A DNA stretch of 64,000 nt, taken from Flaccisagitta enflata. Its lineage: Eukaryota. Of the stretch, positions 14,909 through 28,195 are shown piece after piece. Both the position numbers and the translations under genes were made by a program. The notes under the pieces were generated by a model. The model saw only the letters and a program-made list of their open reading frames with translations, made no database searches and was not told where the DNA came from. Each line of letters opens with the position of its first letter. Position 1 is the first letter of the stretch. The stretch spans positions 45,880,001-45,944,000 of the forward strand of contig OZ231126.1 of assembly GCA_965153355.1 (NCBI GenBank). The letters are read 5' to 3'.

Positions 14909-15308
14909 GACCAGTGACAAATCTCTCTCTCTCTCTCTCTCTCTTTCAATGATAAGTAGGCAGATTTTATTCTCATTTGCATATTGTTGCAAAATTATCA
15001 ATGATACTTCATAGAGAACAGCTGGTTCGGATTTAAGTTTTACGGCATATTCAAGATGTCCTCATGCGAATAATGGATATCATCATTTAAAGATGATTCT
15101 TGGGCCAGAAGGTTTGTCTCATATTCTAAATCAAATCGATTTTATTACAAAAATTCATCATAAAGCTTGCGAGAAATACTTAAACAATGAAACTAAATGA
15201 TTTGTATTAAGTATGACTCGTTTACTCGCTTTCTCACCGAAAGCATTCTTTGAGGCTTTGAAACTTCGTATGTCAAAGCTATATCATGATGATGACGATG
15301 ATGATGAC

Positions 15309-15406
<98 letters not shown>

Positions 15407-15425
15407 CAATGATGATGATGACGAT

Positions 15426-16129
15426 CAGGGGCGTAGGAGTGATTGATTTTTAGGGCATGCTAACCCTAAATTAGTGTCGGACAAATTTAGTTTTGGTCAT
15501 AAACTGTAAAAAACAACAATTATTGCAGAACTTTTGCTTGCTATATGAATTGTGTTCAATGAAGAGCCATATTTTAGCAACTTTTGATTGCTTCATAATT
15601 TTGTTTTTTTTTAAGAATAAACATTTCATGATGATCTTTATAATACAGTTACAAATTTCCCCCCACACATCCCCTCCCCAGTTAAGGAAACAAGGCCGGA
15701 TACACGGCTAACCCAGTCGCGTGCGGGTGGGCAGGGGCCATAATTGAGGTAAGTGGAGCATTTGGGCAGGAGCAGTATAGCCAAAAACCCCATTAACGCC
15801 GAAAAAGTAAAGTGTGATGGATGGACCGACGGACGGACGGACCGACAAAGCGGGTTGTAGAGTCGCATAGCACGCGACTAAAAATCAAGGGGTTTGGAAA
15901 TGGAGAAGGAAATCAAAAAGTAGAAAAGAAAATTATGAAATTGACTTTTGGCGGTGCTGAAATCAATATTTAGTTACTATAATACCATCTAATACCAGTC
16001 AAACCAAAATGTTACTATAAAAGGGATGTGTTCTTTCCCTCCTCCCTTGATTGGTGTCCCGACAGCTTTAGTGTCCCGACAATAGGGCATGCCATAGCAT
16101 TCCCGGCATGCCCTTGTCCTACGCGCCTG
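15426..16129 (+). mobile_element. hAT-type MITE, compact sister copy containing a family-A HINE at 15690-15885
   Basis: caggggcgtagga ... tcctacgcgcctg. Confidence 0.8.
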
Positions 16130-16274
16130 GGAAGGGTCATAATTACGTTTCAGTTTTGCCAACTCGAAATAAATATATTTGAAATGATATTAGGGACCTC
16201 AAATTACATTTTGTATACATGATAGTAAGCCATAAGCCATAAGCCATGAGCCTCTCTCTCTTTCTTAATCACAG

Positions 16275-16625
16275 GCAGATTCACCACCGTGGATTAGGTT
16301 CGAGTTTCCTCGACGTCACCTTGTCCAGAAAATCGTCATTTACAACCGATTCAATTGCTGTCAGCAAAAGCTTTTTCCTTTCGAGATTCTCATTGGCGAC
16401 GAGGATAATGATATGGAAGCGTGTCAAGGAAAGAAATTTACAACGCAAGATCCAGAAATAGTGAATGATCCAGTGTTTTATACAAATGGTCAAATAACAA
16501 AAAATGAACAACATCCAATGATCATTGAATGTGGTAACGGAATCCACGGAAAACTTTTGAAAATGGTTGGATATCACAATTCGAAATTTTTGCATCTATG
16601 TGAAATCCAGATTATGGGGTATTGA
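16275..16625 (+). CDS. F-type lectin gene A, exon 4 (terminal); full CDS 327 aa from 8451
   Basis: Acceptor cttaatcacag, 351 nt. ADSPPWIRFEF...VQKIVIYNRFNCCQQKLFPFEILIG...C...ECGNGIHGKLLKM...LHLCEIQIMGY* matches the fucolectin/F-type lectin pattern. Confidence 0.9.
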   Translation, partial: ADSPPWIRFEFPRRHLVQKIVIYNRFNCCQQKLFPFEILIGDEDNDMEACQGKKFTTQDPEIVNDPVFYTNGQITKNEQHPMIIECGNGIHGKLLKMVGYHNSKFLHLCEIQIMGY

Positions 16626-16712
16626 TTTGGATGGTACTCTCTCATCGAATCGCACACACTCGCACCCAATTATCAGACAATTATCATTTATCAATGAATC
16701 TATCTCTCTCTT

Positions 16713-16849
<137 letters not shown>

Positions 16850-17106
16850 AATAAGAACAACTTTTTCCCAAAATTTCGACAGCCCATGCCGTCTTTGTCG
16901 AGGGAGTAAAACCTGTAATATTGATGTACAGTTTGTCAATTCATATAACATTTGAAAACGATTCTTAATTCAATTTAAGCTTTTTCTTCCATTTTCACAA
17001 AATCTGCACCTTTTTGTTCTCTTTTTTACCAATAATCGATGTAAACGCGTTAAAGTCCCAATCTAGACTGCTTTTCTTGTCCACATAACCCTGGGTGCAT
17101 AGTTAA

Positions 17107-17152
<46 letters not shown>

Positions 17153-18850
17153 GTTGTTTGCTTTACATGATTGTAGAGGCGCACCTTATTCATACTTATA
17201 CTTATATTTAGATTTATAGCTTCTTTCAAAAATAAAGATTTGAAGAAGGAACAGGACGATGGTACTATTTGTTTTTGCCGGCTACAAAAAGTACCATCAG
17301 CAGTTTCATAGCTGAAATTTGTGAGATTCAGATTAGCGATTGGGATACGGTTTGGAGTACGGAGACGTTCGGTTTTTGAATCGCAGTTTTACTGATCTGT
17401 GCCTTATGTGTATGAGATTATAACATTTTATTAAGTTATATATCTGTTGATTTTGTGATTTTTGCAGGTAGCTGGGTAGCCTTGCGTAGGTGACTATATT
17501 TGCCTCATGTGGATGTGATGATAACGTATATCCGATCGTATTGTTTAACCTACATACATTTACTCTACCTACGTCCTACAGGTGTGCCCTGGACTTATTG
17601 GTAGTTAGGTAGCCTCGTATCGATTTCGTTTTGGTTGCATATCATTTCCTGGAAACTGGAAATCCGGTTTCCGTTTTCAATCTGCTGACTGAGCCATGAA
17701 ACAATCATGGACCATTTTCGGTTGGTGCATAATATTTGTCTCTCTTTAGAATTAGATGAGTCCATGTAAAACTTGAAGAGGCCTATTCCAGCTCATCCAT
17801 CCGCAAGTCTTTTGTCCGTCCATCCATTCACTAATCTGTTCTTCTGTCCATTTGTCAAATGCTCGAGTCAGAATGGTTAAAACAAGGCCGGATACACGGC
17901 CACCAGTTGCGGATGGGTGGGCAGGGGCGGAAATGCGCGTTTTCCCACTTTTCGACTTGATCATTACGGACCAACGGACCGACGGATGGATGGACGGATC
18001 AACGGACGGACAAAGCTTCTCATAGAGTTACGTGTCCGCAACTAAAACAAGTCATCCAAGGATCGCACATGACCAGCGGTACCCGATGCCCTGCTTGGAG
18101 TGATTAGCTGATGAAGTTGTATGACACAGGGGTGAATTTCCATACGTCCTGAGAGGGCAGATATGAGGCCTTAGTAGCATTTTTTCCATGATATTCAATG
18201 GGAATTTTGCTTTTTTTTTCAATTTCTTTTCAATTTTTTTAATGGGAATTTCACACTTTCCTCAGTTTTCATCAATTTTCCACGTTATTCAATGGAAAAC
18301 AAACATTTTTTTTGTTTTTTTGTAAACTCTCCAAGTCATTCAATGGGTAGTTTGCAATTGGTCAATTTCCCATTTTATTCAATGGGAATTTGAGGCTTGA
18401 GAAGCTTTGGGGGGGGGGATGGACGGACATACTGACGTATGGAAATTCACCCCTGTGTCCTACTGGACATCGGCCCTTTGGGGCCGCTGCCCAAAAAGGA
18501 GATCATGTAGGGGAGAAATTAAGTTTTCCATTTTTTTATTTGAGGAACTTGCGAAAGTTGGGCCATTTCTCGCCTGGGATGACGATTTTTTTTTTTTCAC
18601 AGCTAAGAAAGAGCTAACTTTTTCTTTCAAATGGCACCAACGAGTGGTCTCTAGGATCAATAGTTTTCGAGCTATGATTTTTTGAATCTTTTTTATATTT
18701 TCGCATTTTTGCAAAAATTGATATTTTTTATTGATCCTAATTTCCGGCCTTACGTAACAATAGAGAAAAATCAAGATGTTACGCAAATTAACTCCAACTT
18801 TTATGATGCTAGATTTGATATTCTGTTCTGCTGGAGAGAGACAGAGAGAG

Positions 18851-19117
<267 letters not shown>

Positions 19118-20247
19118 GAGGAAAAAGAGACACAGAGAGACTGAGACTGATTAACAAAAACAGACAGGCAGCCAATGTGACAGCATTAAATGCATACACA
19201 GGGGAAGATGCACTGAAAAGTACAGGGTTTTTCATGCCAACACGCAGATTACAAAACAACATTTCTCAGCTTCTAATGATGATAATCGAATTCTGAAAAA
19301 AGATATGGACAGCTCATGAGCTCCAATTTTGTGTCCTGGCTTTGTCTATGATAAATTGCCATGATGTTCACCTGTCAGAGACCTCTACAAAAAAAAATCG
19401 ATTTTTCAGTTACCACTACAGAAAAAAAAAGTGTCTGTTCTGAAAATGAAGCATCAGCTTTGAGGTGCGCTGCTTCATAGGCCCATAGAGCCATTGACCA
19501 CAAATTGGTCCCACTTCAAAGAGTTGTCTTTACTCTTCAAAATGCGACCAATCCAGGGCCTGTAGCTCAAATCGTCAATTCAAAGTTAATGGTGCTTGTC
19601 AGTGAAAGTGGGCCCAGTGAGGTTATGGACGAGTGCCATTCAACAATTTACTTACTCAATTTGGCGAAGGCAAAGATGCCGCCAAAATTACATTAAGGTA
19701 CTAACCATAAGTTTTACCAACCAATAGAATGACCAACAAGCTCAGTCATGGAACAAAGAAAGATCAACAGGAGCAAGTACGCAGCGCAAGACAATAACTT
19801 TGAGCAGTTCCATTTCAAAGGAGGAATGTCACGTAATTACATGTTTTTTTCTTTTTTCAGCTCAATCTTTCTACAAACAGTAATGGATACATACTAATTT
19901 GGAATCTTTAACTGATGACCCATAATCTAATTTTTGCTTTATGCATTTTGACATGGCCTAAGGCTGATGCAATGCTTTTCTTGAAATTGTGGCTGTGGCT
20001 ATTAGCCAAAATTTGAGAATCAATTCACTACTCTATGAAAGGTAAACTACTTTGAATGACACCATCACTGCTTAACATCTGTCGCATAATTATTGTCACA
20101 ACTTCAAATAAGGAAAAACTATACTAAATATTGACCTAGTGTCATGAAATTTGAATAGGAGATAGCCAAAAACCTTTTTTTTTGGGAATCAAGAAGGCAC
20201 CAAATATTTGTGATTTTTTTAACCACAATAATAGGTTCAAATAATAA

Positions 20248-21870
20248 AACAAAAAGCTTCAAAATTACAGTCCCCGACTGGGGACTGTAATTTTTAAAGC
20301 TTTCTCATTGCGTAAACGCAACTCGATGAGATACACGACAAGACAGCAATTTCAAAAAAAAAATATACAATATTCAATATTGTTTTAATGATGACAAAAC
20401 TTAATAATGATAACAATAGTGGATGATGATGATGATGACAACAGTGAATGATAATGACAACAAAAATCTAAGAAGAAAATATTCAAAAAAATTTTCAAAA
20501 AAAATTTTCAAAAAAAATTTTCAAAAAAAATAAAAAAATTTCAAAAAAAAATTTTTCAAAAATTTTCAAAAACAAATTTTCAAAAAATTTTCAAAAATTT
20601 TCAAAATTTTCAAAATTTTCAAAAAAAATTTTTCAAAAATTTTCCAAAGATTTTTTTTCAAAAAAATTTTCAAAAATTTTTTTTAAAAAAATTTTAAAAA
20701 AAATTTTCAAAATAATTTTCAAAATTTTTTTTTCAAAAACATTTAGTAGTCGAGGGTGATGACAGTAGTTGAGGATGATGACAGTAGTTGAAGATGATGA
20801 CAGTAGTTGAAGATGATGACAGTAGTTGAAGATGATGACAGTAGTTGAAGATGATGACAGTAGTTGAAGATGATGACAGTAGTTGAAGATGATGACAGTA
20901 GTTGAAGATGATGACAGTAGTTGAAGATGATGACAGTAGTTGAAGATGGTGACAGAAGTTGAAGATGATGACAGTAGTTGAAGATGATGACAGAAGAAGA
21001 TGATGACAGTAGTTGAAGATGATGACAGTAGTTGAAGATGATGACAGTAGTTGAAGATGATGACAGTAGTTGAAGATGATGACAGTAGTTGAAGATGATG
21101 ACAGCAGTTGAAGATGATGACAGTAGTTGAAGATGATGACAGTAGTTGAAGATGATGACAGTAGTTGAAGATGATGACAGTAGTTGAAGATGAATCTTGA
21201 AATCCATGATGGCAAACCTAAAGAAAAATCAGAATGTAATAAATGAGCAAGTAAAAGAATTCATCAACCCCAATCCTCTATAAAAATCGCCTAAGTCCTA
21301 GTAACATATTACTACATTAATAAGCTAATATCTTATAAACCAGACTTCAGATTTAATTCAAATTATGCAGGGGCAGTTCAATTAATATCTTTTACTTGTA
21401 TACCAAATTAAAAAAGAATTCACATAACTTTGCTACCCTTTGCCTATGTAAACTGTCTAAGTCATAGTAACATATTACTACATAAATAAGCTAATATCTC
21501 ATAAACCAGACTTCAGATTTAATTCGAATTTTGCAGGGGTTATTTATTTAGTACCCTCTACTTGTATACCAAATTCAAAAAAAATTCATTAACTTTTACT
21601 ACCCTCTACCTATATAAACCACATAAGTCCCAGCTAAATATTACTACAAAAATAATAGGCAAAGGGTAGTAAAAGTTAGTGAATTTTTCTGAAAATTGGT
21701 ACACAAGCTCCTATTGACCTATAAACAACACCAGCAAAGTTTTATAAAATTCTGAAGTCTGGTTCCAAAAATATGAGAGGGTTTTAAACAGACAAACAAA
21801 CAGACGACAGACTACACATCACTGCTACTTCATAGTCACCGACGAAAACTGTTCGTCGGGGACAAAAAAA
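20248..21870 (-). mobile_element. Large HINE/DINE-1-like element with a 19-bp array (20757-21192) and 166-bp tandem repeats (~21240-21650)
   Basis: Minus strand: T-run plus gtccccgacgaa..ttcgtcggtgac hairpin, gtctgt microsatellite, tandem arrays, and a 3' hairpin aaaattacagtccc..gggactgtaatttt ending tttgtt. Confidence 0.75.
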
Positions 21871-22176
21871 CTAATTTTTACCAATATTTAACTGAGTATC
21901 TAAAATTGATCAAAAGTCTTTACTGTTGATCATTTCTAATGGATAGCAATCAATATGCCACAGCTTTAGTGATTTGCTGGATTGTATTGATACCTGACAG
22001 TCTCATCTTTGAAAGAATGGCATCAGAGAACTCAGAAAATTGATATAAAACAAGATTATAACTCTAAATTTCTGATCACTTTCTTTTGTTCAAATTTTCA
22101 ATATATGTGTCTTACATTGTACTATGAAGGTAATTTGGTCAAAATCACTTTTTTTTAGTAAATAAATACTAAAAAA

Positions 22177-22305
22177 ACAAGGCCGTATACACGAGCCGAA
22201 GTCGCGTGCGGGTGGGCAGGAGCAGCGAAAAAGCAAAGTGTCACCGACCGACCGACCGACAGACGGACAGAGTGGGTTGTAGAGTCGCGTGCACGCGACT
22301 AAAAA
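22177..22305 (-). mobile_element. HINE/DINE-1-like short element, family A (other copies at 15690-15885, 43539-43760, 45165-45348, 48953-49126, 51557-51680, 59779-59986)
   Basis: ttttagtcgcgtgcacgcgactct...(gtcg)n...cccacccgcacgcgact...gtgtatacggccttgtt. Confidence 0.8.
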
Positions 22306-23226
22306 ACCAACAGTGAAAAAACCTTATGAAGTATTCTAATGTTGTGATGATGATTATGCGACAGATGTTAAGATAACAAAATCAAAGCTCAGGGGCTGTT
22401 TATATCACTTTTCAGAAATCAATTATCATGTCTGGAAGCTGAGAAATGTTATTTTGTAATCGGCGTGTTGGCGTGAAAAACCCTGTAGGCATTTTGTAGG
22501 TATCTGGGCTCTGGGGTCTACTACAACGTTATTTAGGCCACGCATTTGCGATGATTGTACGCGTGACTCAGGTGTCAACGAGATTTGTTGTTGAGCTAGC
22601 TTTGCTAGAGATTTCGTCCCAGATCCGATGCAGTCCAGTGTCATTGTTATCTTTCCGATGAGAAATCTGCTGAAAAGAAGAGAATGTTTTCCCAAAAATC
22701 AATAACTTTACTGCATTTTCATCTTTTTAGTCGTCTGTACGCGACTCTGTTAGTGTTTTTATAGGTCGGATGGTAGGTAAAAAAAAAAAGTATCAGAAGG
22801 GACTTGTGTTTCGCATATAGCCGGCATGTAGAGTTGCTGTAGCGATTTTCACGCCGCTTCTATCGCTTACGCGTCCATTTTGTAGTTCAAAAGCTAGTAG
22901 CTTTCCAACCCACCCGATCGCAAGCGCTTCCACAACTCTGTCGGCAACAATCGATTTAGTCCTCCAACAACTCCACAAACACGTTTCGATGTATCAGTTG
23001 AGAATTTCAAGGGAACAAGGCCGGATACACGGCCGATAAGCAGTCGCTGACGGTTGGGCAGGAGCAGTTTGCAGATGGGCAGGGGCAGTATTCAGTGGGC
23101 GGGGGCTATATTTTGGGTAGGCAGGGGCTGTTATGCTCAGAAATCACTAATTCGGCCAATTTCGTGTCGTCCAAAATTTCGCGTTATGGACCGACCAAGG
23201 GACACACCCTCTTATAGAGTCGCTTA

Positions 23227-24072
23227 CAGTCAGTGGACAAAACAAAATAGGTAGAGAGCTCACTCGGTTTGCTTTGATCCAGCCTACTGTTATTAAACAG
23301 CGGGCTGTAAACAATAACTGGTTGTAAGAATTATGCCGGCTGTCATCTAATGAAGTTGGCAAAAATCCAACCTAAATAGAATAGAACGTGACTAGCTTAT
23401 TCATAATCCTGATGAAATCCTGAGAAGTTTTACATGTCACACTTAACACTTTTTATAAGAAATAATTTTTTAATATTATATTTCAACTTCATTAAACATC
23501 AGGGGTGTATATAATTGAGTGGCTTTTGATTTCCCCCCCCTGCCTTTGATTTTCTTCCCCGCGATGCATCGCGTCGCGTTATAAAACCTATGATTTTCTT
23601 CCCAATAAAGCAAAAAACAGTGTATTAAAGGTTTAAATAATATTAAATTGTGTTTTACTATTTAAGTTTTATGATTTAGTACTGCTAAAAGTTATATTTT
23701 CCCAAAAAATTTTTCTCTTTTTTCCCCTTCCTTTCCCTTCCCCATCTCCAAACCCTTTGATTTCCCCCCCCCCCCACCAGGGGGGGGAAAACTCAATTAT
23801 ATACAAGCCTGTTAAACATTGATAAAAATTTCTTATTTTCATATAGAAGTATATGTTCTGACATATCAAACTTGTCAGAATTTAACCAGGATTATCAATT
23901 TGCAGCTCTCATTCTATTTGGTGAAAGTTGGATTTTTGCCGACTCTGTAGCATGACAGCCGGCTGTAATATTTTCGACCAGTTGTTGTTTACAGCCTACT
24001 GTTTGATAACAGTATGTTGGATCAAAGCCAACAGAGTGAGCTCTCTACCTATTTTGTTTTGTCCACTGACTG
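23227..24072. mobile_element. CAGTC-ended MITE with long TIRs and 4-bp TSD (CTTA), inserted in the 5' hairpin of a HINE ~105 bp upstream of the gene B ATG
   Basis: agtcg-ctta|cagtcagtggacaaaacaaaataggtagagagctcac ... gtgagctctctacctattttgttttgtccactgactg|ctta-gcgact. Removing it restores the palindrome agtcgcttagcgact. Confidence 0.88.
23500..23811. mobile_element. hAT-type MITE with perfect 8-bp TSD (TTAAACAT), nested in the previous element
   Basis: ttaaacat|caggggtgtatataattgagt ... actcaattatatacaagcctg|ttaaacat. Confidence 0.9.
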
Positions 24073-24178
24073 CTTAGCGACTGAAAAGACGGATTTGGCT
24101 TGGAGAGGATTTCATTGCAGACTGGTTCAACCAGAGAACGCACATTTTGAAGAAGGGTGACATTCCTGTATCATAAAA

Positions 24179-24346
24179 ATGAATATCTTTGTGGCGCTAA
24201 CTCTAAGCAAAATGATACTGGCAATTTCCGCTGAATTTGGACGAATGAAAGACCAGTCTGACTTTACAATGACACAAAAATCGGTTTCTGTCCGTGAAAT
24301 GGTCACACCTCTGTCATTGCTCACACCTCTGAATGGAGCAAAGCAA
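24179..24346 (+). CDS. F-type lectin gene B, exon 1 (signal peptide)
   Basis: MNIFVALTLSKMILAIS-AEFGRMKDQSDFTMTQKSVSVREM...; phase-0 donor caa|gtaaga at 24347. Confidence 0.82.
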
Positions 24347-24417
24347 GTAAGATGGAATCGAAATATGTTACTGATCAAATTGCATCACTAACATTCAATC
24401 AGCTAAATATATCAATT

Positions 24418-24970
24418 TACCAGTAATGGCGTCTGTCGCCGTGAGGAAAAAAGTCGTAAGCATTGGTCACTTTTTACCAAGCTTTTGTCTTCAATCACTG
24501 CAAATCTTTTACTTTGTCAGATAAAATCAAGGGCAATTGTATGTATTGATGCCATTGAAAATCAGAGAAAAATAGGATTGAGCCAAATGAGCTACATGAG
24601 CTAAAATGCGCAAAATCACTAAATCAGACAACCAGCTGTATTCACGGACATGCTTTCTTGTATTTGCATGCTCACATCAAAATATCTATTCATCTATCCC
24701 ATTAAGAATAAAAAAAAGACTGAGCTAAATGAGCTAGGTGAGCTAGGTGAGCTAGAATACTTAAAAACACCCTCACAGATGAGCAGCTATGCTCACTGAC
24801 ATGTTTTTTTTTCTTTTGTTTTTTTTTTTGTATCTGCTTGCTTAAACATGTATCAAAATATTCATTCATTTATCACATTTGTAATCAGAAAAAAAGACAG
24901 CTTAATGAGCTAAATGAGCTAAATGAGCTAGAACGCTCAAAAACACTCTCACAGATGAACAGCTATGCTC
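24418..24970 (+). mobile_element. Truncated interspersed element in gene B intron 1; related inverted copies at ~40200-40590 and ~55095-55720
   Basis: taccagtaatggcgtctgtcgccgtgaggaaaaaagtcgtaagc is the reverse complement of 55677-55720. All copies share internal gagctaaatgagcta repeats. Confidence 0.75.
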
Positions 24971-25254
24971 GTAATCATAGAAGAAAATCAAAGGCAAGGG
25001 GGGGGGAATCAAAAGTGACTCAATTTTATACACCCCTGCAATCAAGCGCACAACACAGTTTTTCATTCAATCAGTCCAATAATCTGTTTGCATATGTGCA
25101 TGTTTTCCCCCCGAATCATTTCTTTCAGATTTGGACATGACTCTTCCAGGCTGATAATTAGGCTTCAACACTACCTGCACCACGTAACCCTAGATAACCT
25201 CGTTTAAAATCAGCATCACATTTTTTTTCTTCTTGAATTCATGTCTTTCTGCAG

Positions 25255-25573
25255 GGTTGGAATCAAGTACATTTCTTCCCGATTCCGGAGGCCACTGTTA
25301 TAAAGAGAGTGTCCTTCCGTCCGATTGTTTCGCCTGCGCCTGAAAATGATTGGCGGTGGAAGATTCGAGAAAAGATAAATTCCAACTGCTTTTTGAACGC
25401 GGACAACCAGTGGAAAACCGTGAAGAGAGGCAGTTTGCCAAAGAATCTCGTCATGGATCAGATCATCGTTGTTACCGCTTTCATGAGGACAAGCTCACAA
25501 AGATGCTTGGCTTTGTATCTCGAAAATGGAATCACGGTTGAGCAATTGCAATTCACGAGGATGACCGTCATCA
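25255..25573 (+). CDS. F-type lectin gene B, exon 2
   Basis: Acceptor tctttctgcag, donor a|gtgagc, 319 nt (phase 0 to 1). Reads GWNQVHFFPIP...WKIR...GSLPKNLVMDQIIV...CLALYLENG...FTR. Confidence 0.88.
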
Positions 25574-25946
25574 GTGAGCTTCACTTGTTTATCCCATCTT
25601 GAAGTTAGCGGGCAATTTAAGAGATCCTGGAAGTATACATAGAGTACATTTGATAACGCGTTACCGAAAAAAAATATGCAATGATGATGATGATACGTAG
25701 ACAATGTAGATAAACAACTGCCTTCATGATCTCACTAAATGGCCAATTCAATGAGTTTCTAAGATACAGACATGATTCCTACCTAGAAGTTACCATGTAC
25801 CTGGTAAAATTTTTTTTTAGATTGTCTTATGAAAATGGTAACTTTTCTAAGAATAAAGAGAGATAAACCTTTCTCAATGTCGGGGCATTTAGGAATTAGG
25901 ACAATCTTGATTCATTATCGCATCTCTATATATTCACACTTGGAAG

Positions 25947-26113
25947 GTGACACCGCAAAAACGTCAAAGATATCAGCATCTTCGAAATTCAAAAAGTTCG
26001 AGTATCGCGACAACACGGAGTATGGAGCAGAGGATGATCCATATCGACTGGTTGATGGCAAAATCAGCGGAAACGGCCTTCTCGAGTTTCATACAAGATG
26101 TTTTCACACCGAG
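25947..26113 (+). CDS. F-type lectin gene B, exon 3
   Basis: 167 nt (phase 1 to 0), donor gag|gtgaac. Reads SDTAKTSKISASSKF...DDPYRLVDG...RCFHTE. Confidence 0.88.
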
Positions 26114-26125
26114 GTGAACCTACCA

Positions 26126-26234
<109 letters not shown>

Positions 26235-26302
26235 ACATTAAAAGAGCATAGACAACATTTTTAGATCGTTGAATTGACCTCTTTTCTATCTATGAATTAC
26301 AG

Positions 26303-26653
26303 AAAAATTCACCTCCATGGATCAAGTTCGAATTTCCCCGACGTCAGCTCATTCAGAAAATAATCATCTACAACCGATTTGATTGCTGCCAGCGGTTGAT
26401 TTTCCCATTTGAGATTCTCATTGGAGACAACGAGAGCAACATGAAAGCCTGTCAAGGGAAGAATTTCACTTCACAAGACCCGGAAATAGTGAATGATCCA
26501 GTGTTTTACACCGATGGTGTAATAACCAATAATGGGCAACATCCGATGATTGTTAAATGTGGAAAAAGCTTTTACGGGGGAGTTCTGAAAATGGTCGGTT
26601 ACAATCCCGAGAAATGGTTGCACCCATGTGAGATCCAAATTATGGGTTATTGA
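26303..26653 (+). CDS. F-type lectin gene B, exon 4 (terminal); full CDS 334 aa
   Basis: Acceptor aattacag, 351 nt (same length as in gene A). Reads KNSPPWIKFEF...IIIYNRFDCCQRLIFPFEILIG...LHPCEIQIMGY*. Confidence 0.9.
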   Translation, partial: KNSPPWIKFEFPRRQLIQKIIIYNRFDCCQRLIFPFEILIGDNESNMKACQGKNFTSQDPEIVNDPVFYTDGVITNNGQHPMIVKCGKSFYGGVLKMVGYNPEKWLHPCEIQIMGY

Positions 26654-26799
26654 TTGTTATTTTGTTTCAAGAGTCAAGGAGAGAACCATTGCACTCTGAT
26701 TTTAAGGAACTCACTCACGAAATTATACACCCAAAAGGGTACTCTTTTCGAATTCGGTGATGTCTTTTGTTTTACCGACTTTCTAAGCGTTTTTTTTAT

Positions 26800-26895
26800 T
26801 TAGGGTTAGGGGTAGGGTTAGGATTAAGGTTGGGGTCAGGGTTGGTTTTAGGGTTAGGGTTAGGGCTAGCGTTAGGGCTAGGTGAGGGCTGGGTT
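26800..26895 (+). repeat. Degenerate (TTAGGG)n tract
   Basis: tagggttaggggtagggttaggattaaggttggggtcagggttggttttagggttagggttagggctag. Confidence 0.8.
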
Positions 26896-27602
26896 TTGTA
26901 CATTTCAACCCGAATCTACTTGAATTAAAGCTTCGCCCAAGCGGGGAAACCCGAAAGAAACAAAAGATCTGTATCGTCTTAGAAATTTTTTCCCAAAAAA
27001 GATATACAGAAACAGACACGCTGTTACAATAACTCATGTTTTTCAGTTTATGTCTATCCTCTCTCTCTCTCTCTCACAAGGTCGTTTTAAAGGCTTTTTT
27101 TCGCGTCATTTACATTTTTTAGCAGTATGTTAGATCGAAGCCAGTGGTATGATATATATACCTATAGTGTTTTGTCCACTGACTGTATAGACGGCGGAAG
27201 CAGTGGAGGTAACAAAGCCCGCTCAAAATGGACTTCTTTTTATTTTTTTGCTATGACACTGATAGAAAAAATATTGGCGATTCTTTATGTTTATGAAGTG
27301 TATCTGGAAGAGAACATGAAATTTATAGCTTTCTTTTTTCTTGCTTTTTTCATTTCTTTACGTTTTTAGACTAGTTGAGCATCAAAGCTAATGAGGGTGA
27401 CTTTTACTGAAATAAGGTTAATTAAGGTGACTTTTTGAATATCAGGGAAGATAGAAGTAAGACTTCAATTGTTAATACAATCTATTTTCTTAATAGGCGA
27501 ATTAAGGTTAATTAGGGTGACTTTTAAGCCAAACTAAGGGTAAAGTATAAAAGGTGATTTGCGATTAATTAGGATGACTTAAATTGACAAAGGTAAACCT
27601 AA

Positions 27603-28195
27603 CACCCCTCTCAAAATTAGGCGAACTGGGATCAGGACAAGTCTGTAAATGCTTCATAAATTACTTATAAAGAGTCTGAGTGTTAGGTTAACTTTAATAA
27701 ATGTAATTTCCGGCAGGGTTATACAAAAATTTTCCGAAGAATGTCAACCAATGACTCCTAATCTCTTCTTTTGATTGATATGCATACTATTGTATTTTTG
27801 ATGGAAGTTCCAAATTGACCGGTGCAACCAACCTATTTGTCAATGGATTCAGTCGCTTTGTGGTGCTGCTCCTTATTCCCAATGCGTCATTGTTGCTTGG
27901 TAGTTATATAACAACTCGGGAATGGCAGTTTTGGCCCATGACATATGGGGAAAAATGAGAAAGTTTGCGCAGTCTCTTTATAAGAAGATTTCTTGTCAAA
28001 ATCAGTCAAAATCTTCCATGTCGTCTTTGACATGGCACCCAACCAGCGCCACACACTAGTGCGAATGGTCTATTTGGCCTCGGTTTGCAAAAACACTATG
28101 TTTTAGCTATCTCTGTGTTAAATATCAGCCCTATCAGTGCATTTTTACTCTTAATTTCGATCACTTCCCCAGTTCGTTTAATTTTGAGAGGGGTG
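27603..28195. mobile_element. MITE with ~30-bp TIRs, flanked by CTAA/TTAA
   Basis: ctaa|cacccctctcaaaattaggcgaactggg ... cccagttcgtttaattttgagaggggtg|ttaa. Confidence 0.8.

Noticed and set aside
13436-15014. Long overlapping ORFs (QRMSFFV / KMTFVER repeats)
   Set aside because: Translations of a 21-bp minisatellite, open in several frames on both strands.
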